From Thermoanaerobaculia bacterium (lineage in GTDB: Bacteria > Acidobacteriota > Thermoanaerobaculia > UBA5066), in assembly GCA_963719225.1 (NCBI GenBank), contig CAVRAY010000001.1, forward strand, positions 3,168,001 to 3,232,000: DNA of 64,000 nt, in the 5' to 3' direction. Below are positions 37,751-48,272 of this stretch, piece after piece. Positions within the stretch are counted from its first letter, which is position 1, and each line of letters opens with the position of its first letter. Below the pieces are notes generated by a model. It was not told the origin of the DNA. It saw only the letters and a list, made by a program, of their open reading frames with translations, and made no database searches. Position numbers and translations under genes: made by a program.

Positions 37751-39886
37751 CTACTTCGCGATTCCGAGCTGCGCGAGGACGAACGCCGTGGAGAACGCGG
37801 CCTCGTGCAGGCTGTCGTAACGGCCCGAGGCGCCGCCGTGTCCCGCAGCCATGTTCGTCTTCAACAGGAGCTCTCTCGCGTCGGTCTTCAGCGTCCTGAG
37901 GCGCGCCACGTACTTCGCGGGCTCGTGGTAGAAGACCTGGCTGTCGTTGAACGATGTCATGACGAGCATCGCGGGATAAGGGCCCTTCTTGAGGTTGTCG
38001 TACGGGCTGTAGGTCTTGATGTACTCGTACTCGTCCTTCTTTGCGGGGTTTCCCCATTCCTCGTATTCGCCCGCCGTCAGGGGGAGCGTCGAGTCGCTCA
38101 TCGTGTTGAGGACGTCGACGAAAGGCACCTTCGCGACGACGGCATGGAAGAGGTCGGGGCGCATGTTCGTGACCGCGCCCATGAGGAGGCCGCCCGCGCT
38201 TCCGCCCTCGATGACGAGCCGGTCTTTTGCCGTGATCTTCTGCGCGACGAGAGATTCCGCGGCCGCGATGAAGTCGGTGAATGTGTTCTTCTTCTTGAGC
38301 ATCTTCCCGTCGTCGTGCCACTTCTTCCCCATCTCCCCGCCGCCGCGGATGTGCGCGACGGCGATGATGGCGCCTCGATCCAGGAGAGGAAGGCGGTTCG
38401 AGGAAAACGTGATGGGGTACGACAAGCCATAGGAGCCGTAGCCGTTCAACCAGGTTGGAAACGGGCCGTCCTTGAGCGAGCGGGTCCTGCCGTCGGCCGT
38501 CTTCGAACGCCAGACGAGCGAGATCGGAATTTTCGTGCCGTCCGACGCCGTCGCCCAGAGGCGCTCCGACTTGTAGAGCGTTCGGTCGTATCCGGGGACC
38601 TCCTGTTCCTTGAGGAGCTTCGCGGTCTTCGCGTCCATGTCGTAATCGAAGACGGAGTTCGGCGTGACGAAAGACTGATAGCTGTACCGGAACAGCTTCG
38701 TGGCGAAGACGCGGTTCGTCTCGCTGAACGCCGAGTACACCGGTTCGGGGAACGCGACGACGTGCGAGGAATGCGTCGTGAGATTCGTGATGGTGAAGCG
38801 CGGAAGCCCGTTCGACCTCTCGTGGAGGACGAGGTGGTTCGCGAAGAGATCGACGTCCTCGAGCATCACGTCGGCCCGATGCGGGACGATCTCCTTCCAG
38901 TTCGCCCGGCCGGGCGCGGTGACGGGCGCGGTGACGAGCCGGAAATTACGGCCTCCGGAGTTCGTCCGGATGTAGAAGAGATCGCCGCGGTGGTCCACTT
39001 CGTACTCGTGCTCCTGCTCGCGCGGGGCAACGAGCGTCCATTCGCCCGTCGGCGCGTCGGACTTCAGGACGCGGTCTTCGGACGTCGTATGGCTGTGCGC
39101 CGAAAGGACGAGCCACGCACGGCTCCGCGTCCGGCCGATGTACGCGTTGAAGCGCTCGTCTTTCTCCTCGTAAACGAGGACGTCGGCGCTCTGTGGCTCG
39201 AGGAGGCGGTGGCGGTAGATCCGGTACGGGCGCTTCGCGGAGTCCTCGACTCCGTAGAAGATCGTCATGTTGTCCGCCGCCCAGACGGCGCTCGTCGTCT
39301 TCTCGATCCGCTCGGGCCAGAGAGCGTTCGCGCGGAGGTCCTTGATGAAGAGCGTGTACTGGCGGAAACCCGTGTTGTCCGTCGAGTAGGCGAGGAGGTT
39401 TCCGTCGTCGCTCACGGCGTACCGTCCGAGGCCCATGAACTTCTGGCCCTTCGCGAGCTCGTTCAGGTCGAGGGTGACCTGCTCGGGTCCGTCGGGGAAC
39501 TTCTTCCGGCAGTAGATGCGGTACTGCTTCCCCTTCTCGGTCCGGAAGTAATACAGCCAGTCGCCTTCGCGGTACGGCACGGAGAGATCCGTCTCCTTGA
39601 TGTGCGAGAGCATCTCCGCATACAGGGCGTCCTGAAGCGGCTGAAGCGGTTTCATGACGGCGGCCGTGTACGCGTTCTCGGCCTCGAGGTAGGCGGCGAC
39701 TTCCGGTTTCGGCTTGTCCCGCAGCCAGAAATAGGGATCGGGTCGCGCTTCGCCGTGCAGCGTCACGACCTTCTCGATGCGGCCGGCCACGGGCGGCGCC
39801 GGCGCGGGCTCCGCGACGGATTCGGCAAGGGCGGGGCGGGTGGTTGGTGTCATGGCGAGAACCATGAGGAGGGACGTGAATCGCAT
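37751..39886 (-). CDS. ptrB: Oligopeptidase B (S9A)
   Basis: DPYFWLRD, GYGSYG, HIRGGGEMG, GGSAGG, EEWGNP, AGHGGASGR. Confidence 0.93.
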   Translation of the reverse strand: MRFTSLLMVLAMTPTTRPALAESVAEPAPAPPVAGRIEKVVTLHGEARPDPYFWLRDKPKPEVAAYLEAENAYTAAVMKPLQPLQDALYAEMLSHIKETDLSVPYREGDWLYYFRTEKGKQYRIYCRKKFPDGPEQVTLDLNELAKGQKFMGLGRYAVSDDGNLLAYSTDNTGFRQYTLFIKDLRANALWPERIEKTTSAVWAADNMTIFYGVEDSAKRPYRIYRHRLLEPQSADVLVYEEKDERFNAYIGRTRSRAWLVLSAHSHTTSEDRVLKSDAPTGEWTLVAPREQEHEYEVDHRGDLFYIRTNSGGRNFRLVTAPVTAPGRANWKEIVPHRADVMLEDVDLFANHLVLHERSNGLPRFTITNLTTHSSHVVAFPEPVYSAFSETNRVFATKLFRYSYQSFVTPNSVFDYDMDAKTAKLLKEQEVPGYDRTLYKSERLWATASDGTKIPISLVWRSKTADGRTRSLKDGPFPTWLNGYGSYGLSYPITFSSNRLPLLDRGAIIAVAHIRGGGEMGKKWHDDGKMLKKKNTFTDFIAAAESLVAQKITAKDRLVIEGGSAGGLLMGAVTNMRPDLFHAVVAKVPFVDVLNTMSDSTLPLTAGEYEEWGNPAKKDEYEYIKTYSPYDNLKKGPYPAMLVMTSFNDSQVFYHEPAKYVARLRTLKTDARELLLKTNMAAGHGGASGRYDSLHEAAFSTAFVLAQLGIAK

Positions 39887-39950
39887 GCGTCCTCCGTGCT
39901 CGGACGTGACAGATTACCCCAACCGGGGACTCGCGAGTCGCCGCGACCTT

Positions 39951-40211
39951 TCAGGCGCCGGGAAGGCCGCGGATCTGGAGCTCCATGGCCTCGAGCCCGT
40001 CCAGTACCCGGAGGGTCTGCACGCAGCGGTCGCACTCGCCCGGAGCCTGAGGGCACGGTTTTTCGGGGCAGTACGGCTCTCGCGCCGCCTCGAGGAGCGC
40101 CGCGACCACCGTCTTCACCCGTCCGCGAATCGCCGACGGCGAGCTTTCACGCAGGAGACGAATGAGCGCCATTTCCGCGGGGCTGAGCATGGCGACGACG
40201 GGCTGGTTCAC
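39951..40211 (-). CDS. Small protein with a four-cysteine motif
   Basis: GGGAGG RBS then GTG at 40211; C-x4-C-x6-C-x2-C. Confidence 0.5.
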   Translation of the reverse strand: MNQPVVAMLSPAEMALIRLLRESSPSAIRGRVKTVVAALLEAAREPYCPEKPCPQAPGECDRCVQTLRVLDGLEAMELQIRGLPGA

Positions 40212-40276
40212 GGCATCCTCCCTTGGCGTCTCGATCATCGAATGAGACTCGTCTCGACGTAAGAGAAGCAGATGAA

Positions 40277-41452
40277 TCAGTACGAGCTGCTCGCGCCCCC
40301 GCCCCCGAAGCTCCCTCCTCCGCCCTGGTAGCCCGGCTCGGCCGGCGGGGCTCCGGGGGCATGCGCCGCCACGACGGGCACCAGCTCGAACGCACGAAGC
40401 CGGCGTTCGTCGGCGAACAGCGGCTCGGCCGTGAAACCGCGTCGCTCCTTGCCGGAGCTTCTCGCGAGCCAGCGGTGGCAGCCGAGAGCGAGGAGGAGCA
40501 GGCCGGCGCCCGCGAGGATCAGGAGGAGCCACGTCGCCGCGAGATGGACGTAGAACCGGAGCGTGAGAAGAGAGAGAGCCGTCAGGACGAGTCCGATGTC
40601 GAGCGCGAACACCCGGCGTGACCGGATTCCCCAGAAGACGATCGCGAGCGGAACGAGCGCCGTCAGCACGATCGACTCGATCCTCTCGCCGAAGCGCGGA
40701 CCGGGAGAGTCGGACCCCGCGCTCCCGAGCCCTTCGACGAGCCGATGATCGAGCCCGTACAGGTTCACCGCGGCATACACCGCCACGAGTCCGACGGCGA
40801 CGAGAACGGCCGCGCCCCTTCGATGGGAAGGCGGCGGCTTCGGACGGTCCATGAGTCGCTCGAAGGCGAACGTCATCGCGACGCCGCCGGCGATCCAAAG
40901 GACACGTCCCAGGGGCGCACGCGCCAGAAGGAGAAAGAACGAGATCCCGGCGAAGCCGGCGTAGACCGGGCTGCCCCAGCGCCACGCGGCGAGCGCCCAG
41001 AGAGCGAGCGAGGCGACGACGAGGAACGTCACGCCGCTTTTCTCGCGAACCTTCAACGTTTCCTCGAGGAAGAGGAAGAGGCCGACGAGCAGGAAGAGAA
41101 TTCCCCAGAAGCCGGTCGCGCCCGCCCCGCCGCGGAGGGCGAAGCGCGGCGAAGTCTCCTGCGCTTCCGTGGCGACGAGACACGCCGCCCCGAAGAAGAG
41201 CAGGAGGGCCGTGATGGTGCCGATCCCGCCGCGCGTGCCGAATGCACATGCTCCGAGAAGGAGGAGCACCGCCAGGGAGGCGAAGACGAACACGAGGACG
41301 CGCCAAAGCAGCGCGGGCAAGGCTCTCGGCTCGGGATACCTTCGAAGGATTTCTTCGAAGGTGCCCGCGCCGATCGCGCCGCCTCTCTTCCAGCCGCAGG
41401 CGGCGGCGCGGACCTCCTCGACGCGCTCGGCCTCGGTCCAGGCCCGTTTCAT
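40277..41452 (-). CDS. Multi-pass membrane protein with Gly-rich tail (partner of the DUF2157 gene)
   Basis: About 10 TM segments; C-terminal GGGGSFGGGGASSSY; ATGA overlap with the upstream gene. Confidence 0.8.
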   Translation of the reverse strand: MKRAWTEAERVEEVRAAACGWKRGGAIGAGTFEEILRRYPEPRALPALLWRVLVFVFASLAVLLLLGACAFGTRGGIGTITALLLFFGAACLVATEAQETSPRFALRGGAGATGFWGILFLLVGLFLFLEETLKVREKSGVTFLVVASLALWALAAWRWGSPVYAGFAGISFFLLLARAPLGRVLWIAGGVAMTFAFERLMDRPKPPPSHRRGAAVLVAVGLVAVYAAVNLYGLDHRLVEGLGSAGSDSPGPRFGERIESIVLTALVPLAIVFWGIRSRRVFALDIGLVLTALSLLTLRFYVHLAATWLLLILAGAGLLLLALGCHRWLARSSGKERRGFTAEPLFADERRLRAFELVPVVAAHAPGAPPAEPGYQGGGGSFGGGGASSSY

Positions 41453-42417
41453 GGAATCTTCATCTTCCGATGCGCCGCGACGATGAGAACCAGCGCGCCA
41501 GCGGCCGTCATCGCCGAAATCAGGAGAGCCCCTTCCGGCGCTGCGCCGGAGCCCTCGAAGACCGGCCTTTGAAGGCCCAGCCAGATCGCGACGGCCGCGA
41601 GAGCGAACGGCACCGTACGGGCGTTGCGGAACGCCGCGAACGCGACGGCGGAAGAGACGAGAAGGAGAGCGAGAAGCCATGCCCCCCAGCCCTCTCCCCG
41701 TTTCACGAAGACACCCGACAGGAGGCCGCCGAACGCCAGGAGGAGTCCCGCGTCCACGTACACACCCTCGAAGTGCGGCTTCTTTTCCGCCCGCGCCGAC
41801 ACGAGGCCGATGACGACGAAGAGCACGCCCGTGAAGAGCGCCTCGACGCGGAGGCGCGCGGGATCGCCCGCGCCGAGAGAGGTCCTCTCGAGGCTGACCG
41901 AGATTCCCCGCCAAGCGGCGAACGATGCGAGCGCGAGCGACAGCAGCATTCTCGAATCGAACCGGTAGGCGAGGAGACCGTAGAAGACGGCGACGACGAG
42001 GAGGTGCCAGGGCCAGGCGGGTCCGAGCAGCGCGAACCGGGTCTCGAGGTACGCGAGGTCCGTCGCGGCGAGAAGCGCGCCGAGAAGCAGGACGTAGTCG
42101 AACCCCGCGTGCGCGGAGGTCGTCTCGCTCCAGGCGAAAGGCGCGGAACGACGCACGGCCCAGGCGAGGCATGCGGCCGCCCCGAGGCCGATCGCGACGC
42201 CGATCGCCGCCGGGCCGATCCGCTCGTGGTTCTCCTTGACGAACAGGCCGACCCCCGTCGCCAGAAGGAGGACGCCCAGGTAGAGCGCGGCACGAATCTC
42301 CTGCCGCACGGAGACGAGCTCCCGCCGCGCGACGCGCCCGAAGAGAGCCGACGCGCGCTCTCCGAGGACGCCCTCCTCGCCAAGGCGCTCGACGGCGGCG
42401 GCCACGTCCGGATTCAT
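41449..42417 (-). CDS. DUF2157-type membrane protein
   Basis: SV..E.RA.LYLGVLLL.TG.G, AYRFDSR..LSL. Confidence 0.8.
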   Translation of the reverse strand: MNPDVAAAVERLGEEGVLGERASALFGRVARRELVSVRQEIRAALYLGVLLLATGVGLFVKENHERIGPAAIGVAIGLGAAACLAWAVRRSAPFAWSETTSAHAGFDYVLLLGALLAATDLAYLETRFALLGPAWPWHLLVVAVFYGLLAYRFDSRMLLSLALASFAAWRGISVSLERTSLGAGDPARLRVEALFTGVLFVVIGLVSARAEKKPHFEGVYVDAGLLLAFGGLLSGVFVKRGEGWGAWLLALLLVSSAVAFAAFRNARTVPFALAAVAIWLGLQRPVFEGSGAAPEGALLISAMTAAGALVLIVAAHRKMKIP

Positions 42418-42463
42418 CGGTTGATCCTGTCAGACCCTTCGCGGCCGGGCCGCGTGGGCGAGT

Positions 42464-43717
42464 CTACCCGCCGGCACCGGCGACCAGGCTGACGTTGTGC
42501 CCGCCGAAGCCGAACGAATTGGAGACGGCGTTGCGCAGAGATGCCCGGCGGGAGGCGCCGGGCACGAGATCGAGGCCCTCGCACCCCTGCGCCGGTTGCT
42601 CGAGATTGATCGTCGGCGGGCAGACCTGGTCCACGAGCGCCTGAACGATAACCGCGAACTCGAGCGCACCCGACGCGCCGAGGAGGTGGCCCGTCATGGA
42701 CTTGGTGGAGCTCACGAGGAAGTCTGCGCGGCCGGATCCGAAGACGTTCCTGATCGCCTGGGCCTCGATCTCGTCTCCGACGGGGGTCGACGTCGCATGG
42801 GCGTTCACGTACTGGACATCCGCCGGCGAGAGCCCGGCGTCGCGCAGCGCCCACGTCATGGATTGCGCGTAGCCCCGCCCGTCGGGATGGGGACGCGTCC
42901 GGTGGTGGGCGTCCGTGCTGGAGCCGGCACCGCGAAGCTCGGCGAGCGGGCGGGCTCCACGGCCGGCCGCGTGCTCCATCGTCTCGAGGACGGCGATCGC
43001 GCTTCCCTCCGCCATCACGAAGCCGTCCCGGCCCGCGTCGAACGGGCGCGAGGCCGCCGTCGGGGCTTCGTTGCGGAGGCTCAGGGCCTCCATGGCGCAA
43101 AAGCCGCCGATCCCGAGCGGCGTAATCGAGGCTTCGGCGCCGCCGGCCACGACGACGTCGGCGCGCCCCGCACGCAGGAGGTCGAGTGAGATCGCGAGCG
43201 CGTGCGCGCCGCTCGCGCATGCCGAGACGGGACAGACGCTGAATCCCTGAGCTCCGATCTCGATCGCGATCTGGCCGGAAGCCGAGTTGGCGAGCAGCTT
43301 GGGGATGCCGATCGGGCTGATCGCGCGCGGCCCGCGCGCTTTCAACCGTTCGTACTGGCGTTCGACCTCGACGATCCCTCCGACCGCCGAGCCGACGACG
43401 ACGGCCAGCCTCTCCGGGGCCACCTGGCCCGGCGCGAGGCCCGCCTGTCGCAGCGCCTCCCGCGCGGCCGCAAGGGCGAAGACCTCGACGCGCTCCAGGC
43501 GATCGGCGGTCTTGGGATCGACGTAATCCGTCGGCTGGAATCCGCGCACCTCGCCGGCGACCCGGGAGCGATAGGCCGAGGCGTCGAACAGCGTGATCGC
43601 TCCCACGCCGCTCCTCCCCTCGAGCAGCGCGCTCCACGTTCCCGGCCAGGTGAGGGCGAGCGGGGAGATCGCGCCGAGCCCGGTGACGGCGACTCGGACG
43701 GGGTGCGCTCCGGACAC
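42464..43717 (-). CDS. fabF: Beta-ketoacyl-ACP synthase II
   Basis: VAVTGLG, SACASG, RPFD..RDGFV..EG, NAHATST..GD, TKSMTGHLLGA, NSFGFGG. Confidence 0.93.
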   Translation of the reverse strand: MSGAHPVRVAVTGLGAISPLALTWPGTWSALLEGRSGVGAITLFDASAYRSRVAGEVRGFQPTDYVDPKTADRLERVEVFALAAAREALRQAGLAPGQVAPERLAVVVGSAVGGIVEVERQYERLKARGPRAISPIGIPKLLANSASGQIAIEIGAQGFSVCPVSACASGAHALAISLDLLRAGRADVVVAGGAEASITPLGIGGFCAMEALSLRNEAPTAASRPFDAGRDGFVMAEGSAIAVLETMEHAAGRGARPLAELRGAGSSTDAHHRTRPHPDGRGYAQSMTWALRDAGLSPADVQYVNAHATSTPVGDEIEAQAIRNVFGSGRADFLVSSTKSMTGHLLGASGALEFAVIVQALVDQVCPPTINLEQPAQGCEGLDLVPGASRRASLRNAVSNSFGFGGHNVSLVAGAGG

Positions 43718-43737
43718 TCGGATCCCTCCCGCGCCGT

Positions 43738-44013
43738 TCAGGCCGCCGGCTCGGGATTTGCATCCCCGCGCGCCGTCTTCTCCCGGAGGAGCTCCTCGAT
43801 GTGAAGGAGGAGGTCGGACACCGTGCGGTACGTGCGGCTGCGCTCCGGGACCGTCAGGTCGAAGTGCTCTTCGATCTCCATCATGATGAGGCTCGCGTCG
43901 AGGCTGTCGGCTTTCAGGTCCTCGAAGAGAAGCGATTCGCGCTGGACCTTTTCCAGCGGCACCTTCAGCACGTCGCTCAGGATGGCCGCGAGCTTCCGGA
44001 AAGTCTCGTCCAT
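43738..44013 (-). CDS. acpP: Acyl carrier protein
   Basis: DLKADSLD phosphopantetheine site; acidic helix. Confidence 0.88.
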   Translation of the reverse strand: MDETFRKLAAILSDVLKVPLEKVQRESLLFEDLKADSLDASLIMMEIEEHFDLTVPERSRTYRTVSDLLLHIEELLREKTARGDANPEPAA

Positions 44014-44103
44014 GACGCCCCGATCCTAAGCGAGCGGGCTGCCGGCGAGAAGAGGTTCGCGGGCCGAAACCCTCGCAACGCCTCTTGCCCCGGGCGGCGG
44101 CGC

Positions 44104-45018
44104 ATGTCACGCTGGGGCGTGCCGCTTCGCATCTTCGTGACCGGAGCCGGGGGCCAGCTCGGCCTGACCGTCGTGCGCGAGCTGCGCCGGGGAGGCCACG
44201 AGGTCGCGGCCCTGACGCGTGCGGCGCTCGATCTGACGCAGCGCGAGCAGGTGCTCGAGCGGCTCGTCAAGCTTCGCCCGCAGGCGGTCGTGAACACGTC
44301 GGCGTTCGGGGTCGAGGAATCCGAGCAGGACCCGAAGGCCGCGCTCGCCGTGAACGCCTTCGCGGTCCGCACGCTTGCCGAAGCCTGCCGGAGCGCCGAA
44401 GCGACGCTCGTGCACTACTCTTCCGACTTCGTTTTCGACGGCAACGCGACGTCGCCGTACCGGGAGACGGACCGGCCCAATCCCGGCAGCGTCTACGGCG
44501 CCACGAAGCTTCTCGGCGAGTGGTACGCCGCGGGGGCGCCGCGTCACTTCGTCCTGCGCGTCGAGAGCCTCTTCGGGAACCCGGAGGGAAAAAGCACGAT
44601 CGACCGGATGTGCGCGGACATTCGCGCGGGGCGCACCGTGAGCGCGTTCTACGACCGGACGGTCTCCCCCGCCTACATGGTCGACGTCGCCGCCGCGACG
44701 CGGCGCCTCCTCGAGGGAAAGGCGGCGTCCGGCGTGTACCACTGCGTGAACGCGGGTTTCACGACGTGGCACGAGCTTGCCATGGAGCTGACCCGGCAGA
44801 TCGGAAGCCCCTCGAAGGTCGCGCCCGTCTCCGCCGACAGCGTCGCGAGCAAGGTCTTCCGCCCCAAGTTCGCGGCCCTCTCGAACGAAAAGCTCGCGAA
44901 CCTCGGCATCGAGCTGCCCTCGTGGCAGAACGCGATCGGCCGCGCGCTCGCCGCGCCGCTTCCCACGGCGACGCCCATTCCGCAGTCGGGCGTCCGCCCG
45001 ATGAATTCCCGCGGCTAA
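44104..45018 (+). CDS. rfbD: dTDP-4-dehydrorhamnose reductase family SDR
   Basis: TGAGGQLG, SSDFVFDG, YGATKL.GE, GVYH. Confidence 0.85.
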   Translation: MSRWGVPLRIFVTGAGGQLGLTVVRELRRGGHEVAALTRAALDLTQREQVLERLVKLRPQAVVNTSAFGVEESEQDPKAALAVNAFAVRTLAEACRSAEATLVHYSSDFVFDGNATSPYRETDRPNPGSVYGATKLLGEWYAAGAPRHFVLRVESLFGNPEGKSTIDRMCADIRAGRTVSAFYDRTVSPAYMVDVAAATRRLLEGKAASGVYHCVNAGFTTWHELAMELTRQIGSPSKVAPVSADSVASKVFRPKFAALSNEKLANLGIELPSWQNAIGRALAAPLPTATPIPQSGVRPMNSRG

Positions 45019-45392
45019 CGGCCCGCCGCGACGAGGAAGACCCAGTTCGCGGCGAGCGCGAGGGCGAGCGCCGCGCGAAGGGCCGAAGTCGGGCGCGGAG
45101 CTTCCACGCCCCGCCCCGCAAGCGCCGCGCCGAGCGCGGCGAGGCCGCCCACGACGAGGAGGATTCCCGCGGCCGCGGCGAGCGGGTTCCACGAGAACGC
45201 GCCGACGACGTCGAAGCGCGCGAGGTCGAGCAGCGCCCGCGTGCTGCCGCAGGTGAGGCAGGGAATTCCCGTGAGCGCGCGGAACGGGCACGGCGCGAGC
45301 CCCTGCGCGAGCGCCGGCGCCCAGGGCGCGGCCGCGACGCTCACGAGCGCCGCGCCGCCCCAAAGGAACGCGAGCTGCCGTCCCGGTCTCAA
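45015..45392 (-). CDS. DUF2752 family membrane protein
   Basis: CPFRALTGIPCLTCGSTRA...A...NPL. Confidence 0.85.
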   Translation of the reverse strand: MRPGRQLAFLWGGAALVSVAAAPWAPALAQGLAPCPFRALTGIPCLTCGSTRALLDLARFDVVGAFSWNPLAAAAGILLVVGGLAALGAALAGRGVEAPRPTSALRAALALALAANWVFLVAAGR

Positions 45393-45399
45393 GTCGGGT

Positions 45400-46113
45400 C
45401 TAGCGGCGGAAGGCCGAGAACATCGCCGCTCCTGCGAGGGCGATCCCGAGGATCGCGCACACGCAGCAGAGAGCCACGGGCAGGAGGATGCCGAAGAGCG
45501 CCTTGCTTTGTGTGGTCTTGTGGAGCTGCTGGGCGCCGACGACCATCAGGTAGATGCCCCAGACGGCCGCGGCGAGCCCGCCCAGGATCGGGATCACGTT
45601 CGCGACGTTCGAGATGCTGGCATATGCGCAAAGCCGGAACGTCCCTTCGAACTGCGACCTCGAGCCCTTGAGGGCTCCCACGATCATGAACGACACGTGC
45701 AGGATCCCGGCGAAGATGAAGAGGCCGAGCGCGATGAAGAGCGGTCCCAGGATGATCTGCGCGACGATCCCGCCGCCCGCTCCATGCATGTACATCCGGT
45801 ACTGCTCGGGCACGTATCGCAGCCAGGGAGCGCCGAACATGGACCCCCACAGGGCGCGAAACACGAGTCCCACCCACCCGATGATCACGCCGAAGAGAAG
45901 AGGGCGCATGAAGTCGCCCGTCTCTCTCGTCAGGCGCCAGGCCTGATCGGGCGCCGTGATGAAGAGCTTCGCCGTCTCGAAGAACGATTCCGGTCCGAGC
46001 GCCTTCGTCTCCCACGGCAGGCCTCTGGAGGGCGGAGGGGCGTACGGTGGCTGAGGCGGCGGAGGGGGAGGGGGCGGGACAAATCCGGGACCCTGCGGGG
46101 GCACGCTCGACAT
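45400..46113 (-). CDS. Yip1-domain membrane protein with Pro-rich N-terminus
   Basis: AGGAGG RBS; LPWE, five TM segments, FEGTFR..AY, IPILG. Confidence 0.82.
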   Translation of the reverse strand: MSSVPPQGPGFVPPPPPPPPQPPYAPPPSRGLPWETKALGPESFFETAKLFITAPDQAWRLTRETGDFMRPLLFGVIIGWVGLVFRALWGSMFGAPWLRYVPEQYRMYMHGAGGGIVAQIILGPLFIALGLFIFAGILHVSFMIVGALKGSRSQFEGTFRLCAYASISNVANVIPILGGLAAAVWGIYLMVVGAQQLHKTTQSKALFGILLPVALCCVCAILGIALAGAAMFSAFRR

Positions 46114-46199
46114 GGGAACCTCCTGATGAACCCGGCTCGACTTTGAAGAAGGGATCCTATCGCTGCTACGCTCACGCGACGAAATACCCGGGGGGCTAC

Positions 46200-48272
46200 A
46201 TGCGATCTTCATCACAGGTCTTCGCCGTCCTGCTCGCGGCCTCGTCTGTGTCGGCCGCCGAGCCGGCGAAGAAGAAATTAGGCGTGGACGAAATGTGGGC
46301 CGTCTCGCGCGTCGGCGCGCCGGCGCTTTCTCCGGACGGCAAGCGCGTGGCCTACACGGTCGCAACCTACGACATGGAGGAAAACCGCTCGAACGCGGAC
46401 ATCTATCTCCTCGATCTCGCGGGCGGCCCGCCGCGCCGCCTCACGACGAACAAGGCGTCTGACACGTCCCCCACGTTCAGCCCGGACGGCCGCCGGCTCG
46501 CGTTCCTTTCCAAGCGCGACGGCGACGCCGTCACCGAGCTCTACGTCATTCCCGTCGACGGAGGCGAGCCGGAACGCCTCACGGACATGCCCACGTCCAT
46601 CGCGAATCCGAAATGGTTTCCCGACGGGAGGAGGATCGCGTTCCTCGCGAACGTCGTGGCCGGCGCCGAGTCCCCGGAGGAGACGAAGAAGGCCCTCGAA
46701 AAAAGAGAGAAGGCGAAGGTGAAGGCGCACGTCACCGAAAACCGCCTCTACCGCTACTGGGACCGCTGGCTGACGGACCAGGAGTCCACGCACCTGTTCG
46801 TCGCGGACGTTTCGACGAAGAAGATCACGGACCTTACCCCCACGAGCCGCCGCCTCCTCGGCCTGGAGGAGGGAGGTTCCTTCGACATCTCCCCGGACGG
46901 CCAGTCGCTCGTCTTCGCGGCGAACAGCTCGCCCGAGCCCTACAGGACGCTCAACTGGGACCTCTACCTCGTCTCCGCGGCGGGCGGCGACGCGAAGAAC
47001 CTCACGCCCTCCCGCGAAGCCGACGACAACAACCCGGTCTTTTCGCCCGACGGCAGGACGATCGCCTTCGGGACCCGCCTGAAGGCCGATGGCTGGCCGG
47101 ACTACACGCGTCTCGCCCTCCTCGACGTCGCGGGCGGGGTGGTCACGCTCCTGACGGACGGGTGGGAGAAGCCGGCGGGAGGCTGGGCTTTCGCGAGGGA
47201 CGGCTCGGAGCTCGTCTTCACCGCGGAATCGCGTGCGCGCACGAACCTGTACGCGGTGGCCGTCTCGGGCGGGACGCCGCGCGAGATCTGGAAGGGCGGC
47301 ACGGCTTCGGGCCCGGCCGTGACGGCGGGGGGTGACGTCGTCTTTCTGAGACACGACCTGAATCACCCCCCCGAGCTGGCGGCGGTGAAGCGGGACGGGA
47401 GCGCGTTCCGTCCGCTCACGAGCGTGAACGACGCGCTCGTCGCCACGTGGGACCTCGGCGCGGTGGCGGACCTGACGTTCAAGGGCGCGGGCGGCGACGA
47501 CGTCCAGATGTTCGTCGTCACCCCGCCCGGCTACGACGCGCGGAGGAAATACCCGCTCGTCCAGCTCGTCCATGGGGGGCCCGTCGGCACGTTCGGCGAC
47601 GCGTTCTCGTTCCGGTGGAACCCGCACGCCTTCGCCGCGCCCGGCTACGTCGTCGCGATGGTGAACTTTCACGGGTCGTCGAGCTTCGGGCAGAAATGGG
47701 TCGAGTCGATTCTCGGTGCGCATCCCGACAAGCCTTTTCTCGACGTCATGAAGGCCACGGACTTCCTGATCGCGCGCGGGGGCGTCGACGAAAGCCGGAT
47801 GGCCGCGGCCGGAGGCTCGTACGGCGGCTTTCTCGTGAACTGGATCGCGGGCCACACGGACCGCTTCAAGTGCCTCGTGAGCCACGCGGGCGTCTACGAC
47901 CTCATGGCTCAGTTCGCCTCGGACGTCACGTTCGGCCGGCAGCACAGCTATGGTGGCACCCCGTTCCGGAACCGCGACAACGTCGAGAAGTGGAGCCCGA
48001 ACCGTTACGCCGAGAGCTTCCGGACGCCCGTCCTCATCCTGCACGGCGAGCGCGACTACCGCGTTCCGATCGGGCAGGGCCTCGAGTTCTACGGCACGCT
48101 CGCGGCGAAGGGTGTGCCCGCCCGCCTCGTCGTCTACCCGGACGAGAACCACTGGATCCTCAAGGGCCAGAATTCGAAGCATTGGTACGGCGAGGTTCAC
48201 GGCTGGCTCGCGCGGTGGCTGAAGCCGGAGTCCCAGCCGGAGACCAAAGCGGAGACCAAAGAGTCGCGATGA
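46200..48272 (+). CDS. Exported S9C dipeptidyl/acylaminoacyl peptidase with PD40 repeats
   Basis: SPDG repeats, VHGGP, GGSYGG, HGERDYRV, DENHW. Confidence 0.93.
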   Translation: MRSSSQVFAVLLAASSVSAAEPAKKKLGVDEMWAVSRVGAPALSPDGKRVAYTVATYDMEENRSNADIYLLDLAGGPPRRLTTNKASDTSPTFSPDGRRLAFLSKRDGDAVTELYVIPVDGGEPERLTDMPTSIANPKWFPDGRRIAFLANVVAGAESPEETKKALEKREKAKVKAHVTENRLYRYWDRWLTDQESTHLFVADVSTKKITDLTPTSRRLLGLEEGGSFDISPDGQSLVFAANSSPEPYRTLNWDLYLVSAAGGDAKNLTPSREADDNNPVFSPDGRTIAFGTRLKADGWPDYTRLALLDVAGGVVTLLTDGWEKPAGGWAFARDGSELVFTAESRARTNLYAVAVSGGTPREIWKGGTASGPAVTAGGDVVFLRHDLNHPPELAAVKRDGSAFRPLTSVNDALVATWDLGAVADLTFKGAGGDDVQMFVVTPPGYDARRKYPLVQLVHGGPVGTFGDAFSFRWNPHAFAAPGYVVAMVNFHGSSSFGQKWVESILGAHPDKPFLDVMKATDFLIARGGVDESRMAAAGGSYGGFLVNWIAGHTDRFKCLVSHAGVYDLMAQFASDVTFGRQHSYGGTPFRNRDNVEKWSPNRYAESFRTPVLILHGERDYRVPIGQGLEFYGTLAAKGVPARLVVYPDENHWILKGQNSKHWYGEVHGWLARWLKPESQPETKAETKESR

